A stretch of DNA of 64,000 nucleotides from a bacterium (GTDB taxonomy: Bacteria; Sysuimicrobiota; Sysuimicrobiia; Sysuimicrobiales; Kaftiobacteriaceae), in the NCBI GenBank assembly GCA_035292085.1, contig DATDQT010000124.1, positions 3,434 through 67,433 on the forward strand, written 5' to 3'. A program made the position numbers and the translations under genes. This document shows, in pieces, positions 16,305 to 27,532 of this stretch. The notes under the pieces were generated by a model. It saw nothing but the letters and a program-made list of their open reading frames with translations, was not told where the DNA came from and did not search any database. Each line of letters begins with the position of its first letter. Position 1 is the first letter of the stretch.

Positions 16305-18814
16305 CGGGGCCAGTCGAATCACGCTACCACGTCAGCATCGCGCTGGCGACGCTGCCGTTTGCCCCGCCGGCGCGCTTCCATCTCCAGGACAATGACGAGT
16401 ACGTGAAGTACGGCCATCCCCCGTTTGCCACGCCCGGCCGCGGCGATCCGTACTGGACCCCCGAGATCATTTCGCAGACGTGGTACATGGCGGAGAAAGG
16501 CAAGATTCCGATCTCGGGCGCCGGGTATGGGGGACCGTTTGCGGGACCGGGGTTCGACGCGATCTGGTTGGACATGTCCGAGATCGTGCGGCCCACGCGC
16601 GACGGCATCCATGGCCGGGAGTACATCTCCACCGGCGTGGACGTCGGACGGAAGCCCGCGCGGTTAGTTCTCGACGCCGCGGGTCGGCTCACCGCCTCGC
16701 CGCCGATTGTTGAGCTGCCCATTCCGGTCGTCTTCAATCCGTTCCCCTTCCCCCTGCAGGGCCGTGCGCCGGTGGCGGCCATCGCGCGCGCGGCGGCCGC
16801 GCTGCGGACGCTGGCCATTGTCACGCCGGAGCAGTGGGGCGACGACCTCATCCCCCTGGCCGAGTGGATCGCTCCGCGGCTGCGTGTTGAAGAGGTGGAC
16901 ACGCATCGGGCGATGTGGGCGGCCGCCAGATACGTCGAGCTTGAGGTCCCGGACACCGGCATCGATGTGGCCGGACTGATCAAGGGCGAGCGGCCTGATG
17001 TGGTCATCGGGTACCGCATCCCGCTGGAAGGGGATGTGGAAACCCGGGTGCTGGACCTCGCGGCAGGCGGAGCCGAGGTCGTCCACCTGTACGCGGATGA
17101 GTACGGGAGCAGTGCGCGCGGGTTCATCGCGGACACCGTGCGCGGCGTGCACCGCCGGCTGGTCGACGCCGGCATCCGCGACGAGGTGACGCTGCTCGCC
17201 AGCGGGGGGATCGCGACCGCGGAACACGTCCCCAAGGCGATCGTCTGTGGGGCGGACCTTGTGGCCATCGACTACACGATCCTCCTGGCCTTCGGCTGCG
17301 GGCTGTGGGCAGATAAGGCGCACTGCCCGGCCGAAAGCGGTGACTTCTCCCCCGAGTGGGGCGCGCAGCGGTTGGTGAACCTCATGGGTGCCTGGCGCGA
17401 CCAGCTGCTCGAATGCCTGGGCGCGATGGGGATGCGCGAGGTCCGCCGCCTGCGGGGCGAGACGGGCCGGGCGATCTTCCAGCCGCAGGAGGAAGCGGCG
17501 TTCCGCGCGCTGATTCCCACGACGGCACCCGCGCCGCCGGAACCGGAGGACACCGAGGTTCCGACCATGGGGGACCTGCGGTGGACGCCGGACCTGCTGC
17601 AGGCGACGTGGGTGCAGGCCGCCACGGGCCACCCTCCGACCCGGGGTGAGTATCGGGTCGGGAAGTCCGGGGGCGGGTTCGATGTCGTGCGCTTCGCCGT
17701 GGAACTCGACGGAGAGTCGGAGAGCGGCATCCGCCCCGAAGAAGTCGATATCAGCCTGCGGCTGAACCGGCGCGGGGACGGGCCGCAGATTACCATCGAC
17801 GTCCCCTTCTACGGCGGCGGGATGTCCTTCGGATCCGTCAGCGCGCAGACGATGCTCGCCCGCGCGATGGCCGCGGCGGCCACGAACACGTTTACGTCGA
17901 CCGGTGAAGGCGGCTACCCGGAGGAACTGGTCCCCTACGCCGATTACGTGATCACGCAGGTCGCGACCGGCCTGTTCGGCGTCCGTGAGGAGACGATCCA
18001 GCGCGCCCGCTTCGTCGAGTTCAAGTACGCGCAGGGCGCCAAGCCGGGGCTGGGCGGCCACCTCCTCGGGGGCAAGACGACCGAGGTCGTCGCCACGATG
18101 CGCGAGGCGGTGGCGTGGACGTCGCTGTTCTCTCCGTTCCCGTTCCACAGCGTCTATTCCGTGGAAGACCATAAGAAACACGTGGACTGGATCCGCGCGG
18201 TGCATCCGGACGCGCTCATCGCGGTGAAGGTGAGCACGCCGACCGACGTGGACATGGTCGCGGTCGGCATCTACTATGCCGGCGCGCATATCGTCCACCT
18301 CGACGGCGGGTACGGGGGGACCGGCGCTGCGCCGGAGATCGCCAAGAAGAACATCGCGATGCCGATCGAGTACGCGATTCCGAAGGTGCACCGGTTCCTG
18401 GTCAACGAGGGCATCCGCGACGACATCGTGCTGGTAGCCTCTGGGGGGATCCGGACCGCGTACGACGCGGCGAAAGCCATCGCCCTGGGCGCCGACGGTG
18501 TCGTCGTAGGCATGGCCGACCTCGTCGCGATCGGCTGTACGCGGCTGGCGGACTGTGAGAAGGGCAAGGGATGCCCGTTCGGGATTACGACCACCGACCC
18601 CGAGATGTCCAAACTCATCGTGCCCGAATGGGGCGCCGAGCGCATCGCCAACCTCTACCGCGCCTGGGGCGCGCAGCTGCGGGAGTTGCTGGCGCAACTG
18701 GGGATGCGGCGCATCGGCGACCTGCGGGGGCGGACGGACCTGCTCGTGTACCTGGAACCCATGTCTGAGATTGCTTCCCGCCACGGCGGCAATGCCGCCT
18801 CGCGCTCGCAATGA
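16301..18814 (+). CDS. Glutamate-synthase-related protein with two tandem FMN/TIM-barrel-type modules
   Basis: 837 aa. The C-terminal module carries GMSFGSVS, FKYAQGAKPGLGGHLLGGK, SPFPFHSVYSVEDH, VASGGIRTAYDAAKAIALGADGVVVG and CTRLADCEKGKGC. The N-terminal module keeps only LASGGIATAEHVPKAIVCGADLVAIDY. ATGA overlaps at both ends. Confidence 0.8.
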   Translation: MTGPVESRYHVSIALATLPFAPPARFHLQDNDEYVKYGHPPFATPGRGDPYWTPEIISQTWYMAEKGKIPISGAGYGGPFAGPGFDAIWLDMSEIVRPTRDGIHGREYISTGVDVGRKPARLVLDAAGRLTASPPIVELPIPVVFNPFPFPLQGRAPVAAIARAAAALRTLAIVTPEQWGDDLIPLAEWIAPRLRVEEVDTHRAMWAAARYVELEVPDTGIDVAGLIKGERPDVVIGYRIPLEGDVETRVLDLAAGGAEVVHLYADEYGSSARGFIADTVRGVHRRLVDAGIRDEVTLLASGGIATAEHVPKAIVCGADLVAIDYTILLAFGCGLWADKAHCPAESGDFSPEWGAQRLVNLMGAWRDQLLECLGAMGMREVRRLRGETGRAIFQPQEEAAFRALIPTTAPAPPEPEDTEVPTMGDLRWTPDLLQATWVQAATGHPPTRGEYRVGKSGGGFDVVRFAVELDGESESGIRPEEVDISLRLNRRGDGPQITIDVPFYGGGMSFGSVSAQTMLARAMAAAATNTFTSTGEGGYPEELVPYADYVITQVATGLFGVREETIQRARFVEFKYAQGAKPGLGGHLLGGKTTEVVATMREAVAWTSLFSPFPFHSVYSVEDHKKHVDWIRAVHPDALIAVKVSTPTDVDMVAVGIYYAGAHIVHLDGGYGGTGAAPEIAKKNIAMPIEYAIPKVHRFLVNEGIRDDIVLVASGGIRTAYDAAKAIALGADGVVVGMADLVAIGCTRLADCEKGKGCPFGITTTDPEMSKLIVPEWGAERIANLYRAWGAQLRELLAQLGMRRIGDLRGRTDLLVYLEPMSEIASRHGGNAASRSQ
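18765..18814 (+). repeat. Family B-like element embedded in a gene junction
   Basis: CTGAGATTGCTTC (18765-18777) and CTCGCAATGA (18805-18814) occur in the same order as in 5924-5959. The ATGA stop/start overlap lies in the terminal block. Confidence 0.7.
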
Positions 18815-21471
18815 TAACCACGTCTGACGCTATCGAGCACGTGATCGCATCACGTCGGGATCTTCTCCCGTTCCCATCCGCCTCAGCGAAGGCTGAAGCG
18901 GAAGGAGGTTGTGGAGTCGTCGGGCTGGCGTCGTCCATCCCGGTCCACGGCCGGCACATCCTTGTGCCCTGCGGCCAGATGCACAACCGCGGCAACGGCA
19001 AAGGCGGCGGGCTGGCGGCCGCGGGGCTGTCGGCGGAGCAGATGAGGGTCGACGACGACACGCTGGCGTCGGATTACCTGATCCAGATCGCGCTCCTCGA
19101 TGCGGCGGCGCACGACGACATCACCACGACACAGATCGACCCCGTCTTTGACGTCCACGCCGGGTACCGCATCCCGACCGTCGACGACTACCGCGACGTC
19201 CCCGATCTCGACCTCCGCCCGCCGGACGTGTGGCGGTACTTCGCGCGCGTGCGCCCGGATGCACTCGACCGGTTCGTGGCGGCCCATGGACTCACGCTGC
19301 TCTCCCGCCGGGCCGCCGAGGACGAGTTCATCTCCCAGTGGGCATTCCGGCTGAACAAGGCGTTCTACGGGGACGGACGCATGAAGGCATTCGTCGTCTC
19401 ATACGGCCGCGACATGCTCGTGCTGAAAATCGTCGGGTTCGCCGAGCAAGCGTTCCAGTACTACCGGATGGAAGACGTCACGGCACGGGTGTGGATCGGA
19501 CACCAACGGTATCCGACGAAAGGACGGGTCTGGCATCCCGGCGGGGCGCATCCGTTCGCCGCGCTCGACGTCGCGCTGGTGCACAACGGCGACTTCGCCA
19601 ACTACCATGCGGTGAGCGAGTACCTCGCCCAGCGCCACCTCTACCCGCTGTTCCTCACCGACACCGAAGTGGCCGTCCTGCTGTTCGACCTGTGGAGCCG
19701 GACCTACGGGTACCCGATTGAATACGTGATCGAGGCGATGGCGCCGACGACCGAACGCGATTTCCTGATGCTGCCGGCGGACAAGAAGCCGCTCTACCGG
19801 GCGATCCAAAGCAATCACATCCACGGCTCGCCGGACGGACCGTGGTTCTTCATCGTGGCGCGCAGCCTGACACCCGACGACGGCAAGGTGTCGGGCTGGC
19901 AACTCCTGGGAATCACCGATACGTCGATGCTCCGGCCGCAGGTGTTCGCGCTGCAGGAGGGCGAGGTCAGCCTCGGGATCATCGCGTCGGAGAAGCAGGC
20001 CATCGACGCGACGCTGGCCAGCCTCTCCCACGAAGACGCGCGCATCTGTCCGGTCGCCGACCGGTACTGGAACGCCCGCGGCGGATCGTACACCGACGGC
20101 GGCGCGTTCATGTTCACCGTCAACCGGACCGGCCGCCTGACGTGTACCGACAAGTTCGGCACGCCCGTCACCACCCCGCCGGGACAGCAGCACTATCTTC
20201 CGACCATCACGGTACCGGCCGGACACGTCGACACGACTCAGGGCGACAGGACGTCGGTGCGACCCGTACTCGGCGGCGCCGACGGAAGCCACTCACCGGC
20301 GTTGGAAAGCCGCGACGCGCTGGTGGCCCAGGGGGCAGACGGCGTGCGGACCTGGGACTATGAGGCGCTGTCCGAGTGGCTCGCCGCGGTGAGGCAGGAG
20401 GCGCGGCGCAGCGAGACCGCGCGCGCAGATGCACTGCAGGCACTGACGGAGTTGATCGACCGCCGGATGCCGACCGGAGGGAAGAAACGGGCGTCGGTGC
20501 TCGCGCTGTTGCATACGGCTGTCTATGGAATCCTCCGCGACCTACCGCCCCTGAACCACTCACGCCGTTCGGGTTCAGGGCACGCCATTGGGACGGAGCA
20601 CGGCGCCATGCACCGCGTCGAGTGGCACACTCGGTCTGAGCTGGGCGCTCCGCCGGGGCCGACGGGCACGTTGGTGATCGACGGGTACGGATTCCCATCA
20701 GAAGGGAAGGACAGCATCGCCCAGTACCTGGTCCGGGCTCATCAGGCGGGCTGGAAGTCGTTCATCGTCTTCGCCGCACGCGGGCAGCGCTTCATCGGCT
20801 GTGGATTCGGCCCGCTCGCACAGCCTGTGCGCGTGGAGGTCTATGGGAGCTCCGGCGACTACCTGGCATCGGGGCTCGACGGCGCCGAGATGGTGGTGCA
20901 TAACGACGCGCAGGACCAGGTCGGCCAAATTCTCAAGTCGGGCACGGTGGTCATCCACGGCAGCGTCGGCCAGACGCTCCTGTACGGCGCCAAAGGCGGC
21001 GAGATCTACATCCTCGGCAACGCCGCGGGCCGGCCGCTGATCAACGCGGTCGGGCGGCCGCGGGTCGTGATCAACGGCACCGCCCTGGACTATCTGGCCG
21101 AGTCGTTCATGGCCGGCGATCCCCTCGACGGCGGCGGGTTCTGCATCCTCAACGGCATCGGATTCGACGTCGATGGGAATGTCGTCGATCTCGACACACC
21201 GTACCCGGGAGGCAACCTGTTCTCGCTGGCCAGCGGCGGTGCGATTTACGTCCGCGATCCGTACCGGCGGCTGGACGACGAGCAGCTCAACGGCGGCCGC
21301 TACACGGATCTCGGCGCAGACGACTGGAACACCATCCTGCCGGTCCTGCTGGAGAATGAGCGCCTCTTCGGCATCCCGGTCGACCGCCTCCTGTCCATCG
21401 ACGGCCACCGGCGGGATCCGATGGACGTGTACATCAAAGTCGAGCCGGTCGAACTGGGTGTTTTAAAGTAG
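18811..21471 (+). CDS. Class II (Ntn) glutamine amidotransferase fused to a GXGXG (GltB C-terminal/GlxC-like) domain
   Basis: 886 aa. GGCGVVG with candidate nucleophile Cys34, HQRYPTKG, LVHNGDFANYH. C-terminal VYGSSGDYLASGLDGAEMVVHNDAQDQVGQILKSGTVVIHGSVGQTLLYGAKGGEIYILGNAAGRPL. Confidence 0.8.
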   Translation: MITTSDAIEHVIASRRDLLPFPSASAKAEAEGGCGVVGLASSIPVHGRHILVPCGQMHNRGNGKGGGLAAAGLSAEQMRVDDDTLASDYLIQIALLDAAAHDDITTTQIDPVFDVHAGYRIPTVDDYRDVPDLDLRPPDVWRYFARVRPDALDRFVAAHGLTLLSRRAAEDEFISQWAFRLNKAFYGDGRMKAFVVSYGRDMLVLKIVGFAEQAFQYYRMEDVTARVWIGHQRYPTKGRVWHPGGAHPFAALDVALVHNGDFANYHAVSEYLAQRHLYPLFLTDTEVAVLLFDLWSRTYGYPIEYVIEAMAPTTERDFLMLPADKKPLYRAIQSNHIHGSPDGPWFFIVARSLTPDDGKVSGWQLLGITDTSMLRPQVFALQEGEVSLGIIASEKQAIDATLASLSHEDARICPVADRYWNARGGSYTDGGAFMFTVNRTGRLTCTDKFGTPVTTPPGQQHYLPTITVPAGHVDTTQGDRTSVRPVLGGADGSHSPALESRDALVAQGADGVRTWDYEALSEWLAAVRQEARRSETARADALQALTELIDRRMPTGGKKRASVLALLHTAVYGILRDLPPLNHSRRSGSGHAIGTEHGAMHRVEWHTRSELGAPPGPTGTLVIDGYGFPSEGKDSIAQYLVRAHQAGWKSFIVFAARGQRFIGCGFGPLAQPVRVEVYGSSGDYLASGLDGAEMVVHNDAQDQVGQILKSGTVVIHGSVGQTLLYGAKGGEIYILGNAAGRPLINAVGRPRVVINGTALDYLAESFMAGDPLDGGGFCILNGIGFDVDGNVVDLDTPYPGGNLFSLASGGAIYVRDPYRRLDDEQLNGGRYTDLGADDWNTILPVLLENERLFGIPVDRLLSIDGHRRDPMDVYIKVEPVELGVLK

Positions 21472-21526
21472 CTCCGTGTTCGCTTTTGCCGTTTCTCCGC
21501 TTTCGGTACAATAGTGTATTAGTCTC

Positions 21527-24500
21527 ATGGCATTGACCGGTCTGCTCCCCTTCCTGCGGGAGTTGTCCCCCTACAATCAGGCGCTCGCGGCCGTCCGGGC
21601 AGGCCGCCATCCGTGGATCATGGGCCCAAATGCGGCCGAGAAAGCCTTCGTCCTGGCCGCCATGGCCCGGGACCTCCATCTGCCAGTGGAAGGCCCCATT
21701 CTGGTGGCCACGACCTCCCGGGAGAATGCCGACCGGCTGCACGACGACCTCCTGGCCTTCCTCCCCGACCTGGAACCCCATCTGCTGAGCCTGCCCTACT
21801 GGGAGACCCTGCCCGCCGACGGCAGCCGGCCGTCGGCCGAGTTCATCGGGGCGCGCCTGCTGGCACTGCTGCGGATGGCCAGGGGACCGCATCCCCTCAT
21901 CCTTGCTCCCGTAGGGGCATTGATCCACACCGTCCCGGCCCCGGAGATCCTCGCGGCTGTTCAATACGAAATCCACACGGCGCAGACCGTCAACCCGGGT
22001 CACGTGGTGGGGTGGCTGGCAGACCACGGATACTCCCGCGGCGACCTGGTTGAACGCAAGGGAGAGTTCGCCGTCCGGGGTGGACTCATCGACATCTACC
22101 CAGCGCAGGCCGAAGTCCCGATCCGCGTGGAATGGTTCGGCGACGAGGTCGACTCGATCCGCGGATTCGATCCCGCGACCCAGCGCAGCACGCACCGCCT
22201 GGAGTCCGCGATCTTCCTCCCGGCCGCCGACCTGCCGGGCACGGTGTCGCCGGTGGAGTACCTGTCCAGTACCTCGCTGCTCGTCTTCGATGAACCGTAC
22301 GAACTGAAACGCCAGGCCGACGCCGCCTACGAGCACGCCCCGGACACCAGTCTCACCTGGGATGAGGTCCTCGCCCGCGCGGGGACCATTCCGCAATTCG
22401 CGATCTCATCGCTCCACGGCCCCGAGGATCCCGACCGTGAGGTCGTGCTGCGCTTCGGCGGCGTGGAAGCGTTCGGGGGCCAGATGAAACTGCTCGCGCG
22501 GGCGGTCGAAGCGTGGCAGGAGCAGGGCCGGCGCGTGGTGCTCGCGACGACGCAGCCCCAGCGGATGACCGAGATCTTCGAAGACCACGGCGTCCGGGTG
22601 GTCCTGGCCGGCACACTGGAGCCGCCGCCTGAGCCGGGCGAGGTCATCGCCGTTCCCGCCGCGTTGTCGAGCGGATTTCAAATTGAGGCCGCATCCCTCG
22701 TGGTGGTCAGCGACAGTGAGATTGTCGGCTGGCGCCGGCGGCGGCGGCGCTTCCGGTTCCGCGACGGAGCCCGGCTGTACTCGTGGACGGATCTGGAACC
22801 CAATGATCTGGTCGTCCACATCCACCATGGCATCGGCGTCTACCGCGGCATCCGCCGGCTGCTGCTCGGGGGAGCGGAGCGCGACTACCTGGAACTCGAA
22901 TACGCCCAGGGCGACAGGTTGTACGTTCCGACCGATCAGGTCAACCTGGTCAGCCGGTACATCGGCGTCGAAGGCCAGGCCCCCAAGATCCACCGGCTCG
23001 GCGGAGCGGAATGGGACCGGGAGAAGAAACGCGTCAAGGAAGCGGCCCAGCAGCTGGCGCGCGAACTCCTCGACCTCTACGCCGCCCGCGAAACCGCCCC
23101 CGGCCACAAGTACAGCCCGGACACGCTGTGGCAGCACGAACTGGAGGCGTCGTTCGAGTACGAGGAAACCCCCGACCAGTGGCTGGCCATCCAGGACGTC
23201 AAGCGCGACATGGAAACCGGCAAGCCCATGGACCGGCTGATCGCCGGCGACGTGGGATACGGGAAGACGGAAGTGGCGCTGCGCGCGGCCTTCAAAGCGG
23301 TGATGGACGGCAAACAGGTGGCCGTCCTGGTGCCCACGACCATCCTCGCGCAGCAGCACTACAACGTGTTCCTCAGCCGGCTGGCGCCATACCCGATCAA
23401 GGTCGAGATGCTCAGCCGGTTCCGTTCCACAGTCGACGCGCGGCGGATCCGTGAGGAACTCGCCGCGGGCACCGTGGACATCATCATCGGCACGCACCGG
23501 CTGCTGCAGAAAGACGTCACGTTCAAGAACCTGGGGCTCGTCATCGTCGACGAGGAACAGCGCTTCGGCGTCGTGCACAAAGAGCGGTTGAAACAGCTGC
23601 GCACGACCGTCGACGTGCTCACGCTGACGGCGACGCCGATTCCGCGCACGCTGCACATGGCCTTAGTCGGGCTGCGCGACATGTCCGTCATGGAAACGCC
23701 GCCGGAGGCGCGGCTGCCGATCCACACCGAGATCCGCCCCTACGACGACGAATTGGTGCGCGCGGCCATCCTCCGCGAACGGGAGCGCGGCGGCCAGATC
23801 TACGTGGTCCACAACCGGGTCGAGACCATCGAGCGGTCCGCGCGCCGCATCCGTGCCCTGGTGCCCGACGCGCAGGTCGCCGTGGCCCACGGCCAGATGC
23901 CCGAATCCAAACTCGAACAGGTCATGATGGACTTCCTCGGCGGCCGGTTCCAGGTGCTGGTGTGCACGACCATTGTGGAGATCGGGCTCGACATCCCGCA
24001 GGTCAACACCATCATCATTGACGACGCGCACACGATGGGGCTGTCCCAGCTCTACCAGCTGCGTGGGCGCGTCGGGCGGGCGGACCGGCAGGCGTTCTGC
24101 TATCTGCTGTACCCGCGGGGGGCAAAACTCACCGAGGAAGCCCAGCAGCGCCTGGAGGCCATGCAGGAGTTCGTCGAGCTGGGCTCGGGGTTCAAACTGG
24201 CGATGCGCGACCTCGAGATCCGCGGCGCGGGCAACCTGCTGGGGCCGGAACAGCACGGCCAGCTGGCCGCGGTCGGCTTCGAGCTGTTCACGCGGCTGCT
24301 GGACGAAGCGGTGCGCGAGCTGCGGGGGCAGATGATCGAAGAGATGCCCGACGCCGCCATCGATCTGGGCGTGGATGCGTACCTGCCCGAGGTCTACATC
24401 GAGGATGAGGGGCAGCGCATGGCGGCGTACCGCAAGCTTGCCGCGGCGCGCACGACGGACGAAGTCCGCTCGGCCTCCGACGAACTGACCGACCGCTTCG

Positions 24501-24823
24501 GGACGCTGCCCGAAGCCGCGGAGACGCTGCTCGAGATCGTGCGCCTGCGCGTCCTGGCCAAGGACGCCGGCGTGACCTCGATCACGCGGGACAAGGGCGT
24601 GGTGGCGATCAAGACCGCACGGGGCTTCCAGCTGCCGGACGCGGACCGCGCCGCGCTGATCAGTCGGCTGCGCGGCCGGGCGACGGTGTCCGCCGGGGTG
24701 CTGCAGCTGCAGGCCGACCGACAGCGGTTCGCCGATGACGTGCAGTGGATCAGCGAAGCACTCGCCGCGCTGACCGACCTGGCGCGGCGCCGTGAACCCA
24801 TCCCCATCGGAACTCCGGTATAA
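21527..24823 (+). CDS. mfd: Transcription-repair coupling factor
   Basis: 1098 aa. GDVGYGKTEVALRAAF, DEEQRFGV, TATPIPRTL, LRGRVGR. Confidence 0.95.
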   Translation: MALTGLLPFLRELSPYNQALAAVRAGRHPWIMGPNAAEKAFVLAAMARDLHLPVEGPILVATTSRENADRLHDDLLAFLPDLEPHLLSLPYWETLPADGSRPSAEFIGARLLALLRMARGPHPLILAPVGALIHTVPAPEILAAVQYEIHTAQTVNPGHVVGWLADHGYSRGDLVERKGEFAVRGGLIDIYPAQAEVPIRVEWFGDEVDSIRGFDPATQRSTHRLESAIFLPAADLPGTVSPVEYLSSTSLLVFDEPYELKRQADAAYEHAPDTSLTWDEVLARAGTIPQFAISSLHGPEDPDREVVLRFGGVEAFGGQMKLLARAVEAWQEQGRRVVLATTQPQRMTEIFEDHGVRVVLAGTLEPPPEPGEVIAVPAALSSGFQIEAASLVVVSDSEIVGWRRRRRRFRFRDGARLYSWTDLEPNDLVVHIHHGIGVYRGIRRLLLGGAERDYLELEYAQGDRLYVPTDQVNLVSRYIGVEGQAPKIHRLGGAEWDREKKRVKEAAQQLARELLDLYAARETAPGHKYSPDTLWQHELEASFEYEETPDQWLAIQDVKRDMETGKPMDRLIAGDVGYGKTEVALRAAFKAVMDGKQVAVLVPTTILAQQHYNVFLSRLAPYPIKVEMLSRFRSTVDARRIREELAAGTVDIIIGTHRLLQKDVTFKNLGLVIVDEEQRFGVVHKERLKQLRTTVDVLTLTATPIPRTLHMALVGLRDMSVMETPPEARLPIHTEIRPYDDELVRAAILRERERGGQIYVVHNRVETIERSARRIRALVPDAQVAVAHGQMPESKLEQVMMDFLGGRFQVLVCTTIVEIGLDIPQVNTIIIDDAHTMGLSQLYQLRGRVGRADRQAFCYLLYPRGAKLTEEAQQRLEAMQEFVELGSGFKLAMRDLEIRGAGNLLGPEQHGQLAAVGFELFTRLLDEAVRELRGQMIEEMPDAAIDLGVDAYLPEVYIEDEGQRMAAYRKLAAARTTDEVRSASDELTDRFGTLPEAAETLLEIVRLRVLAKDAGVTSITRDKGVVAIKTARGFQLPDADRAALISRLRGRATVSAGVLQLQADRQRFADDVQWISEALAALTDLARRREPIPIGTPV

Positions 24824-24856
24824 TACGACCGTTGCCCTCAACAGATCGGAGACGAA

Positions 24857-25816
24857 ATGAACAAACGGATGAAGTTAGTCGCACTGACGGTGGTGGTGAT
24901 TCTGGTCGGCGCCGCCGCCGCCGTCGCCATCACCGTGGGCATGAAGCGCGGCACGGCCATTGCCGCCACGGTCAACGGGGAGACGATCTACGCGGACGAT
25001 CTCAACAAGGAGATCGAGGCCGTGGCCAAGCAGTACGGCATCAACCTCGAGGGCGCCGATGGCGCCAAGCAGCGGGCGGAGATTTCGAAGATCCTGCTCG
25101 ACCAGCTCATCGACCAGCGGTTGATCATGCAGGAAGCGCGCCGACAGAACGTGGTGGCGACCGACGTCCAGATCACGGCGCAGATTGGCGAGATCAAGAA
25201 GAACTTCCCGACGGAGGCGGAGTTCGAGGCCGCCCTGTCCCAGCGCGGCCTGACGATGGCCGCGCTGCGGGATCGCCTGCGCACGACGATCACCGTCCAG
25301 AACCTCGTCGCCAAGCTGCCCGTGCCCGCCCCCAGCGACGCGGCCATCGAGAAGTACTTCCGCGACAACCGCAAGGAGTTCGATCAGCCCGACCAGATCC
25401 GGGTCCGCCACATCCTCGTCGACAGCGAACCGAAGGCACGGCTGGTCCTGGTGCGCCTGGAACGCGGAGAGAAGTTCGAGGATCTGGCCGCTCAGATGTC
25501 CAGCGATCCTGGAAGCAAGGATGCCGGCGGCGACCTCGGATTCGTCAGCCGCGGGTCGCTGGTCCCGGAGTTCGAGAAGGTGGCCTTCGCGCTGAAGCCG
25601 GGCCAGCGGTCCGGGATCGTGAAGACCCAGTACGGCTTCCACATCATTCAGGTGCTGGAGGCCAAACCCGGAAAAGCCGCCGCGCTCACACCGGACGTGC
25701 GCGCGCAGATCCGCAACAAACTGCTCGGCGCCGAGCGGGAGAAAGCGTTCGGCGAGTGGCTCAAGAAGGTCAAGGCCCAGGCGACGATCAAGCAGTTCAA
25801 CCTGACAACGCAGTAG
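24857..25816 (+). CDS. Parvulin-type peptidyl-prolyl isomerase (PrsA/SurA-like), membrane-anchored
   Basis: N-terminal TM segment. RVRHILV...GDLGFVSRGSLVPEFEKVAF...GFHIIQV. Confidence 0.8.
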   Translation: MNKRMKLVALTVVVILVGAAAAVAITVGMKRGTAIAATVNGETIYADDLNKEIEAVAKQYGINLEGADGAKQRAEISKILLDQLIDQRLIMQEARRQNVVATDVQITAQIGEIKKNFPTEAEFEAALSQRGLTMAALRDRLRTTITVQNLVAKLPVPAPSDAAIEKYFRDNRKEFDQPDQIRVRHILVDSEPKARLVLVRLERGEKFEDLAAQMSSDPGSKDAGGDLGFVSRGSLVPEFEKVAFALKPGQRSGIVKTQYGFHIIQVLEAKPGKAAALTPDVRAQIRNKLLGAEREKAFGEWLKKVKAQATIKQFNLTTQ

Positions 25817-25823
25817 TCAGCTC

Positions 25824-27432
<1,609 letters not shown>

Positions 27433-27532
27433 TCCCGGAGTCAGAAGGAGTACCTCCCCTGACCGGGTAACATCCTTCGTGGTCGCAGCATCAATCGCAC
27501 CTGACGTCGCAGCATTCGATGGAGCGCATGGA

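Noticed and set aside
13974-16322. 782-aa ORF on the minus strand.
   Set aside because: It is exactly antisense to nadE, whose product carries clear nitrilase and SGGxDS motifs. The antisense translation is R/G/P/A-rich and low in complexity. Long antisense ORFs are expected at this G+C because stop codons are rare.
16664-18811. 715-aa minus-strand ORF, and similar ORFs at 19399-20292, 20698-21408, 22406-23656 and 23663-24841.
   Set aside because: All are antisense shadows of the glutamate-synthase-like genes and mfd, which have strong family motifs on the plus strand.
27476-27520. Direct repeat GTCGCAGCAT (two copies, at about 27481 and 27506) upstream of the divIC-like gene.
   Set aside because: It is a single short duplication with no symmetry or recurrence elsewhere in the window. 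That is insufficient to call a regulatory site.
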